A stretch of 40,679 bases of DNA from the NCBI GenBank assembly GCA_016875475.1, contig VGRB01000003.1, positions 1 to 40,679 on the forward strand, read 5' to 3'. Under the pieces are notes generated by a model, which had not been told where the DNA came from, ran no database searches, and saw only the letters and a list, made by a program, of their open reading frames with translations. The position numbers and the translations under genes were made by a program. Of this stretch, positions 1 through 10,055 are shown piece by piece. The DNA is from Deltaproteobacteria bacterium (GTDB taxonomy: Bacteria > Myxococcota_A > UBA9042 > DTJE01). Position 1 is the first letter of the stretch; each line of letters opens with the position of its first letter.

Positions 1-12
1 GGGGCCACGGCC

Positions 13-279
13 CTACTCCGATGGGTTCTTCGGCAGGATCCCCTGGTCCTTGAGGAGGAGCAGGAACTCGCGCACGTCCCGGTCGAGGTCGTCGGAGGGA
101 CCGACCTCGAAGCGCTTCGCCAGCTCCTTCCGCACGCCCTCCGCGTCGAGCCCCTGCTTCAGCAGTTCCAGGATGGCCCGGCCGGTCTCGTTCGCGCTGA
201 AGGTCGAGCCCGTGTAGGGGTCGAACAGGAACCCCGAATCGCTGACCGCCAGGTTCCTGAGCCGGGTCGCGACGTCCAT
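13..279 (-). CDS. PqqD-family (RiPP-recognition-element-like) small protein, 88 aa
   Basis: Real ORF is the C-terminal 88 aa of ORF 13..1509 (MDVATRLRNLAVSDSGFLFDPYTGSTFSANETGRAILELL...DVREFLLLLKDQGIL). This fits the PqqD/RRE pattern (short strands, N-x-T-G, then helices ending D-V-x-x-F-L-x-x-L-x-x-x-G-I-L). GGAGGT RBS precedes the ATG at 279. Confidence 0.8.
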   Translation of the reverse strand: MDVATRLRNLAVSDSGFLFDPYTGSTFSANETGRAILELLKQGLDAEGVRKELAKRFEVGPSDDLDRDVREFLLLLKDQGILPKNPSE

Positions 280-332
280 GCCGCACCTCCCTGGACGGGG
301 GTCCGGTCCCCGTCCCCAGGGCACCGGCCTAG

Positions 333-348
333 TGCACGGGACGTGCCA
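333..348 (-). promoter_or_regulatory. sigma54 (-24/-12) promoter of the PqqD-like gene
   Basis: Minus strand reads TGGCACGTCCCGTGCA, an exact GG-N10-GC with the TGGCAC -24 box. It lies 53 nt upstream of the ATG at 279 and just downstream of a sigma54 activator gene. Confidence 0.8.
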
Positions 349-392
349 CCGCCGAACCCCCCGGAACCACGCAAGTTCACCGCCGGGGAGAT

Positions 393-434
393 GTAGCATT
401 CCTGCTACCATGGATCGGCAATGTAGCGATTGCG

Positions 435-438
<4 letters not shown>
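393..438. promoter_or_regulatory. Tandem palindromic upstream activator sites (putative enhancer for the adjacent bEBP)
   Basis: GTAGCA-TTCC-TGCTAC (393-408) and GTAGCG-ATTG-CGCTAC (423-438) are perfect palindromes 30 bp apart, upstream of the sigma54 promoter. Confidence 0.7.
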
Positions 439-1652
<1,214 letters not shown>

Positions 1653-1661
1653 CGCGGGGGT

Positions 1662-1680
1662 ATGGTAGCAGGATCGCTAC
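1662..1680 (-). promoter_or_regulatory. Third GTAGC-palindrome overlapping an extended -10 of the bEBP gene (putative autoregulation site)
   Basis: GTAGCA-GGAT-CGCTAC at 1665-1680. On the minus strand, TG-C-TACCAT (hexamer 1667-1662) lies 9 nt before the ATG at 1652. Confidence 0.6.
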
Positions 1681-1712
1681 ACGAGGTCTTCGGACCCTTC
1701 CGGCCCGTCCCG

Positions 1713-2207
1713 CTACACCAGGTCTTCCAGCCTCACCGTCTCTTCCAGGTGCTTCGGCCCGCTCGAGTCGGCGTGCAGGAACGGCAGGTTCACGTCGTAC
1801 GACCCGGCGCCGGACATCAGCGCCTCGACCGCCTTCCGCGCCGCCCCGGCGATCCGCTCCCGCGCGTTCGGATCGCCGGCCGCGTCGAGCCCCGTCTTCG
1901 CCCTGAAGCGCCCGCAGAGCACCGAAACCAGCCGGGCCTCGGCCTCGGCCCCGCTCCCCCGGAACTGCCCGCGCGGGGTGCGGACGTCGATTCCGGACAT
2001 CGCGAACGACGTGCTCGTGCTCGCGCTCGTCGTCCCCTGCCCCGCGGCGCCGGCCTGCCCGAGCATCTGCCGGACGAGGTCGACCGTCGCCGGGTCCGTT
2101 CCCGCGTTCCGGAGCTGATCCAGGGCAGCGCCGAACGGATCGCCGCGGCCGGGAGCAGGCGGATCGGCGACGGGCGCCGCGGCCCGCCCGGCCGCCGGCT
2201 CGACCAC
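1713..2207 (-). CDS. Hypothetical protein with a C-terminal DnaK/Hsp70 nucleotide-binding subdomain IIB-like segment; probably 5'-truncated
   Basis: RFRAKTGLDAAGDPNARERIAGAARKAVEALMSGAGSYDVNLPFLHADSSGPKHL resembles the DnaK pattern F-K-K-x-x-G-I-D-L-x-x-D-P-x-A-x-Q-R-L-K-E-A-A-E-K-A-K-x-E-L-S...D-V-N-L-P-Y-I-T-A-D-x-x-G-P-K-H. The start is uncertain; the GTG at 2207 has no RBS. Confidence 0.55.
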   Translation of the reverse strand: MVEPAAGRAAAPVADPPAPGRGDPFGAALDQLRNAGTDPATVDLVRQMLGQAGAAGQGTTSASTSTSFAMSGIDVRTPRGQFRGSGAEAEARLVSVLCGRFRAKTGLDAAGDPNARERIAGAARKAVEALMSGAGSYDVNLPFLHADSSGPKHLEETVRLEDLV

Positions 2208-2216
2208 CGGTTCGGC

Positions 2217-3002
2217 GCGATCGTCCGCGACTACGCCCAGGAGTACTCGAGGATCCTCTCGAATCAGGCGAATCCAGCCTTTCATCACGTGTACATCGAC
2301 GGGTTCTCCGGCCCGGGCGTCCACATGGTCAAGAAGACCGGCGAGTTCGTGCTGGGGAGTCCGCTGAACGCCCTCGGGATCGTGCCTCCGTTTCGCGAGC
2401 ACTACCTCATCGACCTCGACGGCGACAAGGTCGAGAACCTGCGAGCGCTCGTGGGTAGCCGGTCCGACGTGCACCTCTTCACCGGCGACTGCAACAAGAT
2501 CCTCCTGGAGCGGGTGTTCCCCAACGTGCGTTGGGACCAATACAGGCGGGGCCTGTGCCTGCTCGATCCCTACGGACTCCACCTCGATTGGGAGGTTCTC
2601 GCAACGGCCGGAAGGATGCGGACCATGGACGTCTTCCTGAACTTCCCCACCATGGACATGAACCGGAATGCGCTCTGGAGGAGCCCGGGAGGCGTCGCGA
2701 CCGAAGACCTGGCGCGGATGACTGCCTTCTGGGGCGATGAGTCGTGGCAGGCACAGGCCTACAGGCCGGTGCCGCAACTCGGGCTCTTCGGTGACGTCGA
2801 CACCGAGAAGGCCTCAAACGACGAGATCGCAGAGGCATTCCGCAAACGTCTTCGCGATGTTGCCGGATTCGCCTACGTCCCGAAGCCAATCCCAATGCGA
2901 AACTCGACGCGTGCCGTGGTGTACTACCTGTTCTTCGCCAGCCACAAGAGCGTGGCGACGAAGATCATCGAACACATCTTTGAACGCTACGGGAGGATGT
3001 AG
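2217..3002 (+). pseudogene. tcmP: Three-Cys-motif partner protein TcmP (SAM-methyltransferase-like), 5'-truncated
   Basis: Motifs IVRDYAQEYSRIL...YIDGFSGPG...GSPLNAL...GDCN...LLDPYG...YYLFFASH, immediately upstream of a DUF5131 gene. There is no start codon or RBS, and the usual N-terminal W-S/T-x-x-K-L segment is absent. Confidence 0.7.
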
Positions 3003-3003
3003 C

Positions 3004-3526
3004 ATGGCTCAGTCGTCCATCGAGTGGACGGAGTTCACGTGGAATCCGGTTACGGGCTGCACGAAGATCAGTTCGGGGTGTCGCAACTGTTACGCGGAAG
3101 TGATGACGCGGCGCCTCGAGGGAATGGGCCAGCCGAACTACCGAAACGGGTTCATGGTCACTCTGCACGACGCCATGGTCGACCGTCCATTGAGTTGGAC
3201 CAGACCATCGATGGTCTTCGTGAACTCGATGTCCGATGCTCGGACCTTTGCCCGACCTGGATCTGACCGGGATCGACTGGGTCATCGCTGGCGGCGAATC
3301 CGGACGCGGGGCACGCCCGATGGACGGGGCATGGGTGCTCGAGATCAGGGACAGGTGCACGGCTGCCGGAGTGCCGTTCTTCTTCAAGCAGTGGGGCGGA
3401 TGGCCCAAGAAGAAGGCGGGGCGATTGCTCGACGGCCGAACCTGGGATCAGATGCCTGTCCCGAGGGCGGCGCCCCGATCCGCGCCGTGCGTGCCGTTCA
3501 ACGCGTCGCGGCCTTCATCTCGGTGA
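3004..3526 (+). pseudogene. DUF5131 (phage Gp37/Gp68-like, CxxxxxxCxxC) gene with internal deletion and frameshift
   Basis: ATG 3004 gives [28 protein letters not shown]...VFVNSMSD. The family C-terminus [22 protein letters not shown]...FFFKQWGG...[10 protein letters not shown] continues in another frame from 3236, and the central part is missing. Confidence 0.85.
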
Positions 3527-4304
3527 CGAAGGTCAGGACGTCCGCGCGCATCGCGGCCGGGTCCCCCAGGTGGGACTCCACGCGCGCCACCACGGCGGAT
3601 CCGGAGATCGCGCCCGCGGCGCCCGCGGCGATCGCGGCGCGCACGTGCTCCGGACTCGAGATGCCGAAGCCCAGCAGCGCGGGAGGTGCGCCGAGGCCGG
3701 CGAGTCGGTCGAGCAGGGCGCGGTGGCCCGTTGCGGCCCGCTCGTCCGCACCCGTGACGCCCGTACGGGTCACGACGTACGTGTAGGCCGCGCCCAGCCG
3801 CGCCACGTCCGCGAGGTGGGCGTCGGGGCTGTTCGGCGCCGCGATCAGGACCGGCGCCACGCCCGCGGCCCGCGCGGCGGCGGCGTACGGCGCGGCCTCG
3901 ACCGTGGGCACGTCCGCCACCAGCACGGAATCCACCCCCGCCACGGCCGCCGCGGCGTAGAACGCCTCCCGGCCCGGCGCCTCCACGAGGTTCGCATAGA
4001 CCAGCAGGCCGACCGGCACGTCGGGCCGGCGCGCGCGGAACGCGGCGACCAGCCCGAGGCAGTCGCGCGGACGCGCGCCCGCGGCCAGCGCGCGAAGGTC
4101 CGCGGCCTGGATCGCCGGCCCGTCCGCGACCGGGTCGGAGAACGGGATCCCGAGTTCCAGGGCGTCCGCGCCGCCGTCCGCGAGCGCGAACAGCAGGTCG
4201 AGGCTCGTCGCCGGATCCGGGTCGCCGAGCACGAGGAACGGCACGAACGCGCCCTCCCCGGCCGCGGCCAGGCGCGCGAACATGGCGTCGTAGCGCGTGG
4301 TCAT
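3498..4304 (-). CDS. trpA: Tryptophan synthase alpha chain
   Basis: MTTRYDAMF...[50 protein letters not shown] overlap with trpB. Confidence 0.97.
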   Translation of the reverse strand: MTTRYDAMFARLAAAGEGAFVPFLVLGDPDPATSLDLLFALADGGADALELGIPFSDPVADGPAIQAADLRALAAGARPRDCLGLVAAFRARRPDVPVGLLVYANLVEAPGREAFYAAAAVAGVDSVLVADVPTVEAAPYAAAARAAGVAPVLIAAPNSPDAHLADVARLGAAYTYVVTRTGVTGADERAATGHRALLDRLAGLGAPPALLGFGISSPEHVRAAIAAGAAGAISGSAVVARVESHLGDPAAMRADVLTFVTEMKAATR

Positions 4305-5488
4305 GGTCGCCCCCCCGCTCCGCCGAGCCGGCCCGAGAGCTGCGCGAGGTCCTTGTCGCCGCGGCCGGACAGGTTGACGAGCAGGACCGTGTCCCGGTCG
4401 GCCGCGGCGGCCATCTTCAGCGCGTGGGCCAGCGCGTGAGCGGACTCGACCGCGGGCAGGATGCCTTCGGCCTCGGCCAGCCTGCGGAACGCGTCCACCG
4501 CCTCGTCGTCGGTCGCGCCGACGTACTCGGCGCGGCCCGTGGCCTTGAGGTGCGCGTGCTCGGGGCCGACGCCGGGGTAGTCGAGCCCGGCCGCGATCGA
4601 GAACGACTCCTCGACCTGGCCGTCCTCGTCCTGGAGCACGAGGCTGTACGCGCCGTGAAGCACGCCGGGCCGGCCCTTCCGGAGCGTCGCGCCGTGGTGC
4701 GCCGTGTGCAGGCCGCGGCCCGCCGGCTCGACCCCGACCAGCCGGACGTCCGGATCGCCCAGGAAGTCCGAGAAGATCCCCATCGCGTTCGACCCGCCGC
4801 CCACGCACGCGACGACCGCGTCCGGCAGGCGGCCCTCGGCCTCCAGCACCTGCCGCCGCGCCTCGCGGCCGATCACCCGCTGGAACTCGCGGACCATGGT
4901 CGGGTACGGGTGGGGCCCGGCCACCGTGCCGAGCAGGTAGTGCGTGGTCTCGAAGGACCCGGCCCAGTCGCGCAGCGCCTCGTTGATCGCGTCCTTGAGC
5001 GTGCGCGCGCCCTGCGTCACCGCGACGACCTCGGCCCCGAGCAGGCGCATGCGCAGGACGTTCGCCTGCTGCCGCTCGACGTCCTTCTCGCCCATGTAGA
5101 TGCGGGTGGTCATGCCGAAGAGCGCCCCGGCCATGGCGGTCGCGACGCCGTGCTGGCCGGCCCCGGTCTCCGCGATGAGGCGGGTCTTCCCCCCCCGGCG
5201 CGCGAGCAGGGCCTGGGCGAGCACCTGGTTCGTCTTGTGCGCGCCGCCGTGCAGCAGGTCCTCGCGCTTCAGGCAGAGCCTCGCGCGCGTTCCCTCGGCG
5301 ATGCGGCGGCAGCGGTACAGCGGCGTCGGCCGCCCGGCCCAGTCGCGGAGCAGCGCGTCCAGCTCCGCCGCGAACGCGGGGTCCTCCCGCGAGTCCAGGA
5401 ACGCGGCCTCGAGCGCCTCGAGCGCGGGCAGCAGAACCTGGGGCACGAAGCAGCCGCCGAACTCACCGAACCGGCCCGATTGCCTCAT
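4301..5488 (-). CDS. trpB: Tryptophan synthase beta chain
   Basis: [23 protein letters not shown] (PLP lysine), [33 protein letters not shown]. Alternative start at 5500. Confidence 0.97.
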   Translation of the reverse strand: MRQSGRFGEFGGCFVPQVLLPALEALEAAFLDSREDPAFAAELDALLRDWAGRPTPLYRCRRIAEGTRARLCLKREDLLHGGAHKTNQVLAQALLARRGGKTRLIAETGAGQHGVATAMAGALFGMTTRIYMGEKDVERQQANVLRMRLLGAEVVAVTQGARTLKDAINEALRDWAGSFETTHYLLGTVAGPHPYPTMVREFQRVIGREARRQVLEAEGRLPDAVVACVGGGSNAMGIFSDFLGDPDVRLVGVEPAGRGLHTAHHGATLRKGRPGVLHGAYSLVLQDEDGQVEESFSIAAGLDYPGVGPEHAHLKATGRAEYVGATDDEAVDAFRRLAEAEGILPAVESAHALAHALKMAAAADRDTVLLVNLSGRGDKDLAQLSGRLGGAGGRP

Positions 5489-6911
5489 CTTGAGCCCCAT
5501 CCGCGCCGCGACGCCGCGGGACCTGCCGCGCCGTCCCGGCGCGGCCGTTTCCGCGCAGGACACCGAAGAACGCCGCGATCCGCGCCCCGTCCTTGATCCC
5601 CGGCGCCGCCTCCACGCCCGACGACACGTCCAGGGCCCAGCACCCGAGCGCGTCCGCGGTCGCGGCATTCGCGGGCGAGAGCCCCCCCGCGAGCACGATC
5701 CGGTTGCGCCCGGCCGCCGGGACGAGCGACCAGTCGAACGCGCGGCCCGTGCCGCCCGCCAGCGCCGCGTCCGCCGTGTCGAGGAGGACGCGGTCCGCCC
5801 CGCACGCCGCGAGGTCCGGCGGCGCGTCCCCGACGCGTACGACCTTCCACACCTCGCACCCGGCCGGCAGCAGCGGCCGGAGCGCGGAGACGTACGCCTC
5901 GTCCTCGCGGCCGTGGAGCTGGACCGCGGCGAGGTCGAGCGAGCGCGCCGCCTCCGCGACCGCCCCGGCCTCCTCGTCCACGAACACGCCGACCCAGGCC
6001 AGTCCGGGCGCGCCGTCGCGGACCTCCCGGGCGCGGTCGGGCGTCAGCCGCCGCGGGGACGGCGCGAGGACGAGCCCGCCGTGCGTCGCACCCGACCGGA
6101 AGGCCGCCGCGGCGTCGTCCGGCCGGGTCAGCCCGCAGACCTTCGCGCGGCCGAAGACCAGCTCGCGGACCGCGCGCCCGAGGTCCGGCCGCGTCATCAG
6201 GGAGGTGCCGACCAGGAAGGCGTCCGCGAGCGGCCGGAGGTCGCGCACGTCCGCCCGGTCCCGGACCCCGGACTCGCACACGAGCGCGACCCCGGGCGGC
6301 ACGAGCGGGGCGAGCCGCCTCGTCACGTCGAGGTCCACCGCGAGCGTGCGGAAGTCGCGGTTGTTCACGCCGACGATCCGCGCGCCGAGCGCGACCGCGT
6401 CCGAAAGCTCCGCCTCGTCGTGCACCTCGACGACGCAGTCCATGGCAAGCCGGTCCGCGGCCGCCGTGCACGCCGCGATCGCGGCCGGCTCGAGCACCGA
6501 CCGCATCAGCAGCACCGCGTCCGCGCCGTGGAGCCGCGCCTCGAAGACCTGGTACGGGTCCACGGTGAAGTCCTTGCACAGGACCGGCACGGGCACGCAG
6601 GCGCGGACCGCGGCCACGTGGTCGAGCGAGCCGCCGAACCACGGCGCGTCCGCGAGCACCGACACCGCGTCGGCGAAGGGCGCGTATTCCTTCGCGATCC
6701 CGACCGGATCGTAGTCCGGACGGATCGTGCCCTTCGACGGCGACGCCCGCTTGCACTCGAGGACGAACCCGGTCCGCGGGGCGCGGAGCGCGGCATCCAG
6801 GCTCCGGTCGGACGGCGCGAGCGCGTCCGCGAACGAGGCGAGCGGGCGGGCGGCCTTGCGCGCCGCGACCTCCGCGCGCTTGCCCTCGACGATCCGCTCG
6901 ATCACCGTCAT
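5463..6911 (-). CDS. trpCF: Bifunctional indole-3-glycerol-phosphate synthase / phosphoribosylanthranilate isomerase (TrpCF fusion)
   Basis: [25 protein letters not shown] (TrpC part), then [33 protein letters not shown] (TrpF part). ATGA overlap with trpD. Confidence 0.95.
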   Translation of the reverse strand: MTVIERIVEGKRAEVAARKAARPLASFADALAPSDRSLDAALRAPRTGFVLECKRASPSKGTIRPDYDPVGIAKEYAPFADAVSVLADAPWFGGSLDHVAAVRACVPVPVLCKDFTVDPYQVFEARLHGADAVLLMRSVLEPAAIAACTAAADRLAMDCVVEVHDEAELSDAVALGARIVGVNNRDFRTLAVDLDVTRRLAPLVPPGVALVCESGVRDRADVRDLRPLADAFLVGTSLMTRPDLGRAVRELVFGRAKVCGLTRPDDAAAAFRSGATHGGLVLAPSPRRLTPDRAREVRDGAPGLAWVGVFVDEEAGAVAEAARSLDLAAVQLHGREDEAYVSALRPLLPAGCEVWKVVRVGDAPPDLAACGADRVLLDTADAALAGGTGRAFDWSLVPAAGRNRIVLAGGLSPANAATADALGCWALDVSSGVEAAPGIKDGARIAAFFGVLRGNGRAGTARQVPRRRGADGAQDEAIGPVR

Positions 6912-7888
6912 CGGGCCGCACCGTCGTTCGACCGCTCCACCCACCGGCGCAGCCGCGCGGCCGCGCGGCCGGACCGCAGCACGTCGAGCGCCGAGGCCAC
7001 GCCGCAGGGCCAGTCGGCGGCGCGGCCGGACACCCAGAGGAGCGCGCCCGCGTTCATCGCAACCGCGGCGCGCTGCGCTTCCGTCCCCCCCCCGCCGGCG
7101 AGGTCGCCGAGCCACGCGGCGTTCTCAGCGGCCGTGCCGCCGGCCAGCGCCGACAGCGGCGCCCGCGCGATCCCGCACGCCTCCGGCGCGAGGGTCAGGC
7201 GGGTCGTCCGCCCGTCCAGCAGGAGTACGGCCTGCGTGTCCGCGTGCAGGGCGATCTCGTCGAGTCCGCCGCCGTGCACGACCAGCGCGCCCTCGCACCC
7301 GAGCCGCGCGAGCGTCGCGGCAACCGGCTCGCAGAGCCCGGGATCATAGACTCCGACGACCTGCCACCGGGGCCGCGCCGGGTTCGACAACGGCCCGATC
7401 ACGTTGAAGATGGTGCGCCCCCCGAGCCTCCGGCGAACCGGCGCGGCGTGCCGCGTCCCCGCGTGGTAGAGCGGCGCGTACAGGAAGCAGATGCCGACCT
7501 CGCGCAGCGTGTCCGCCGCCTCCCCGGGTGACTGGTCGATCCGGACCCCGCACGCCTCGATCACGTCCGCGGATCCGCACCGCGACGAGATCGACCGGTT
7601 GCCGTGCTTCGCGACGGGCACGCCGGCCTCCGCCGCGACCAGGGCAGCCGCGGTCGATATGTTCAGAGTCCCCCCTCCGTCCCCCCCGGTGCCACAGGTG
7701 TCCGCGACCGCGAGGTCCCCGATCGGCACCGGGACCGCGGCCTCGCGCAGGGCCATCGCCGCCCCGGCGATCTCCTCCGCGGTCTCGCCGCGCGCGCGCA
7801 ACGTCACCAGGACCTCGGCGATCTCCAGCTCGCACGCGTCGCCGCGGACGATGCGGCGGAACGCCTCGGCGGCCTCGTGCTCGGTCAT
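6908..7888 (-). CDS. trpD: Anthranilate phosphoribosyltransferase
   Basis: DTCGTGGDG, NIST, KHGNRSISSRCGSAD, TIFNVIGPLSNP, GLDE. Confidence 0.95.
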   Translation of the reverse strand: MTEHEAAEAFRRIVRGDACELEIAEVLVTLRARGETAEEIAGAAMALREAAVPVPIGDLAVADTCGTGGDGGGTLNISTAAALVAAEAGVPVAKHGNRSISSRCGSADVIEACGVRIDQSPGEAADTLREVGICFLYAPLYHAGTRHAAPVRRRLGGRTIFNVIGPLSNPARPRWQVVGVYDPGLCEPVAATLARLGCEGALVVHGGGLDEIALHADTQAVLLLDGRTTRLTLAPEACGIARAPLSALAGGTAAENAAWLGDLAGGGGTEAQRAAVAMNAGALLWVSGRAADWPCGVASALDVLRSGRAAARLRRWVERSNDGAAR

Positions 7889-8493
7889 CCCGCCCCCCCG
7901 TCGCACCGGCGGGTCGCCCACGCGAGCACGTTGTCCACGATCCCGCCCCCCTCGGGCGTCAGCACGGACTCCGGGTGGAACTGGACGCCCGCGACCGGCC
8001 AGGACACGTGCTCGACCGCCATCACCAGGTCGCCGCAGCGCGCGGTGACGCGCAGGTCGTCCGGCACGCGGTGCGCCACGAGGGAATGGTACCGGCCCGC
8101 GCGGAGCGGGGACGGCAGGCCCTCGAAGATCCCGCGGCCGTCGTGCGTCACGGCCGCGGCCTTCCCGTGCAGGACCTCGCCCGCCGGGCCGACCACGCCC
8201 CCGAACGCCTCCACGATCGCCTGGTGCCCCAGGCAGACCCCGAAGACCCCGACGCGGCCCCGGATCGCGCGCACCAGCGGCACGGTGCAGCCCGCGCCGG
8301 CGGGGCAGCCGGGCCCCGGCGACAGCACCACGAGGGACGGCCGCGGAAGCGACACGGCGAGCCGCTCCGCCTCCTCCACGGCCAGGTCGTTCCGCCATAC
8401 CTCGACCGCGCACCCGCGGGACCTCAGGTCGTGGACCAGGTTGAACGTGAACGAGTCGAAGTTGTCGATGAGCAGCACGCCGGGCGCGGTCAT
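7885..8493 (-). CDS. trpG: Anthranilate synthase component II (glutamine amidotransferase)
   Basis: LIDNFDSFTFNL, LSPGPG, GVCLGHQ, RYHSL, GVQFHPES. Confidence 0.96.
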   Translation of the reverse strand: MTAPGVLLIDNFDSFTFNLVHDLRSRGCAVEVWRNDLAVEEAERLAVSLPRPSLVVLSPGPGCPAGAGCTVPLVRAIRGRVGVFGVCLGHQAIVEAFGGVVGPAGEVLHGKAAAVTHDGRGIFEGLPSPLRAGRYHSLVAHRVPDDLRVTARCGDLVMAVEHVSWPVAGVQFHPESVLTPEGGGIVDNVLAWATRRCDGGAG

Positions 8494-10055
8494 GGCGTCC
8501 CCCCCCCGGCCTCCGCGATCGCGGCGAGGACCGCGTTCGCCTTCCGGCGCGTCTCGTCCGCCTCGGCCTCCGGATCCGAATCGAAGACCACGCCCGCCCC
8601 CGCCCGCACCCCCGCCGTGCCGTCGCGCACCACCGCGGACCGGATCACGATCCCGGTGTCCATCCGCCCGTCCGCCGCGAGGTAGCCGACCGCGCCGCCG
8701 TACGGCCCACGCCGCGTCCGCTCGTGCACCCGCAGCAGGCGCGCGGCCTCGATCTTGGGCGCGCCGGTGAGCGTCCCCATCGGCAGCGACGCGACCAGCG
8801 CGGCGAGCGCGTCGAGGTCGGGCCGAAGCTCCCCTGACACGGTCGAGACGAGGTGCATCACGTGCGAGTACCGCTCGACCGCCAGCAGCGAGTCCAGCCG
8901 CCGCGTGCCGGGCACGCAGACCCGCGCGACGTCGTTCCGCGCGAGGTCCACGAGCATCATGTGCTCGGCCACCTCCTTGGGGTGGGTGCGAAGCTCGGCC
9001 TCGATCCGGCCGTCCGTGTCCGGGTCCGGCCCGCGCCGCCGCGTCCCCGCGATCGGCCGGATCTCGACCCGCCGGTCCGACCCGACCCGCACCGCGGTCT
9101 CGGGCGAGGCGCCGAACAGAACCCCCGAGGACGCGGCCAGGTAGAACATGTACGGGCTCGGGTTCAGGTCGCGAAGCGCCCCGTACGCCGCGAGCGGCGC
9201 GGGGCAAGGCAGGGAGAACGTGCGGGAAGGGACGATCTGGAACACGTCGCCGGCCACGATGTGCCCCTTCAGCCGCTCGACGAGAGCGGCGTACTCCGCG
9301 TCGCAGAGGTCGGCCCGGACCGACGCGCCCTCGGCCCGCGCCGTCGCCTCCGGCGCGGGCCGCCCGGTTCGAACGGGACGGGCGCGTGCGGGCCGGCGGG
9401 CCACCTCGTCGCTCAGCTCCGCCACCGCAGCCGCCGCCCGGGCGGTCTCGCCCGCGCCGAACGCGACCGCCACGACCGTGGCGCGGGCGTGCCGGTGGTG
9501 CACCCAGACCATCCGGTCCGCCAGCACCATCTCGAAGTCCGGCCACCCGAGCGGGTCGGAGGCGGACTCCGGCAGCCGCTCGAACACGCCGATCAGGTCG
9601 TAGCCGAACACCCCGGCGATGATCGGCCCGTACCCCTCGGGCCCCGACACGGGCAGGTAGCGCGTCAGCGCGCGCAGGACGTCCATCGGCGACGGAGCCT
9701 TGAGCCGCGCCTCGTCCTCCCCCCCCGGCGGAGGCTGGAACCGCGCGACGAGCCCGTCGGCCCCGTCCGCCGCGACCTCGGAGGCGATCCCGGTCAGGCT
9801 CTCCGCGAGCCACGGGAGCAGCGCCGCCCCGTTCGACGACAGCGCCCGGACCTCGACCTCCCTGCCCCGGCACGCGATGCGCAGCGCCGCGCCCGCGACG
9901 ATCAGGCTCCGCTCGCCGTGACGCGCCGTGGTGTCGCCCGACTCGAGCAGCAGCGTGTCCGTCCTGGTGCCGTTCGCCGAGAGGGCGGCGTACAGCGCGA
10001 GGGGGTCCGGCTGGACCGGCAGGGATCGGACCAGCACCTCAGCGTGCGCGGTCAC
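8490..10055 (-). CDS. trpE: Anthranilate synthase component I
   Basis: TLLLES, GDVFQIVPSR, NPSPYMF, GASPE, PIAGTR, KEVAEHMMLVDLARND, GTLTGAPK, YGGAVGY. GTG start overlaps the aroF stop. Confidence 0.95.
   Translation of the reverse strand: MTAHAEVLVRSLPVQPDPLALYAALSANGTRTDTLLLESGDTTARHGERSLIVAGAALRIACRGREVEVRALSSNGAALLPWLAESLTGIASEVAADGADGLVARFQPPPGGEDEARLKAPSPMDVLRALTRYLPVSGPEGYGPIIAGVFGYDLIGVFERLPESASDPLGWPDFEMVLADRMVWVHHRHARATVVAVAFGAGETARAAAAVAELSDEVARRPARARPVRTGRPAPEATARAEGASVRADLCDAEYAALVERLKGHIVAGDVFQIVPSRTFSLPCPAPLAAYGALRDLNPSPYMFYLAASSGVLFGASPETAVRVGSDRRVEIRPIAGTRRRGPDPDTDGRIEAELRTHPKEVAEHMMLVDLARNDVARVCVPGTRRLDSLLAVERYSHVMHLVSTVSGELRPDLDALAALVASLPMGTLTGAPKIEAARLLRVHERTRRGPYGGAVGYLAADGRMDTGIVIRSAVVRDGTAGVRAGAGVVFDSDPEAEADETRRKANAVLAAIAEAGGGTP

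Noticed and set aside
2217-3526. Prophage call based on the 'phage Gp37/Gp68' family
   Set aside because: No integrase, structural or replication genes are nearby; it is only a two-gene remnant.
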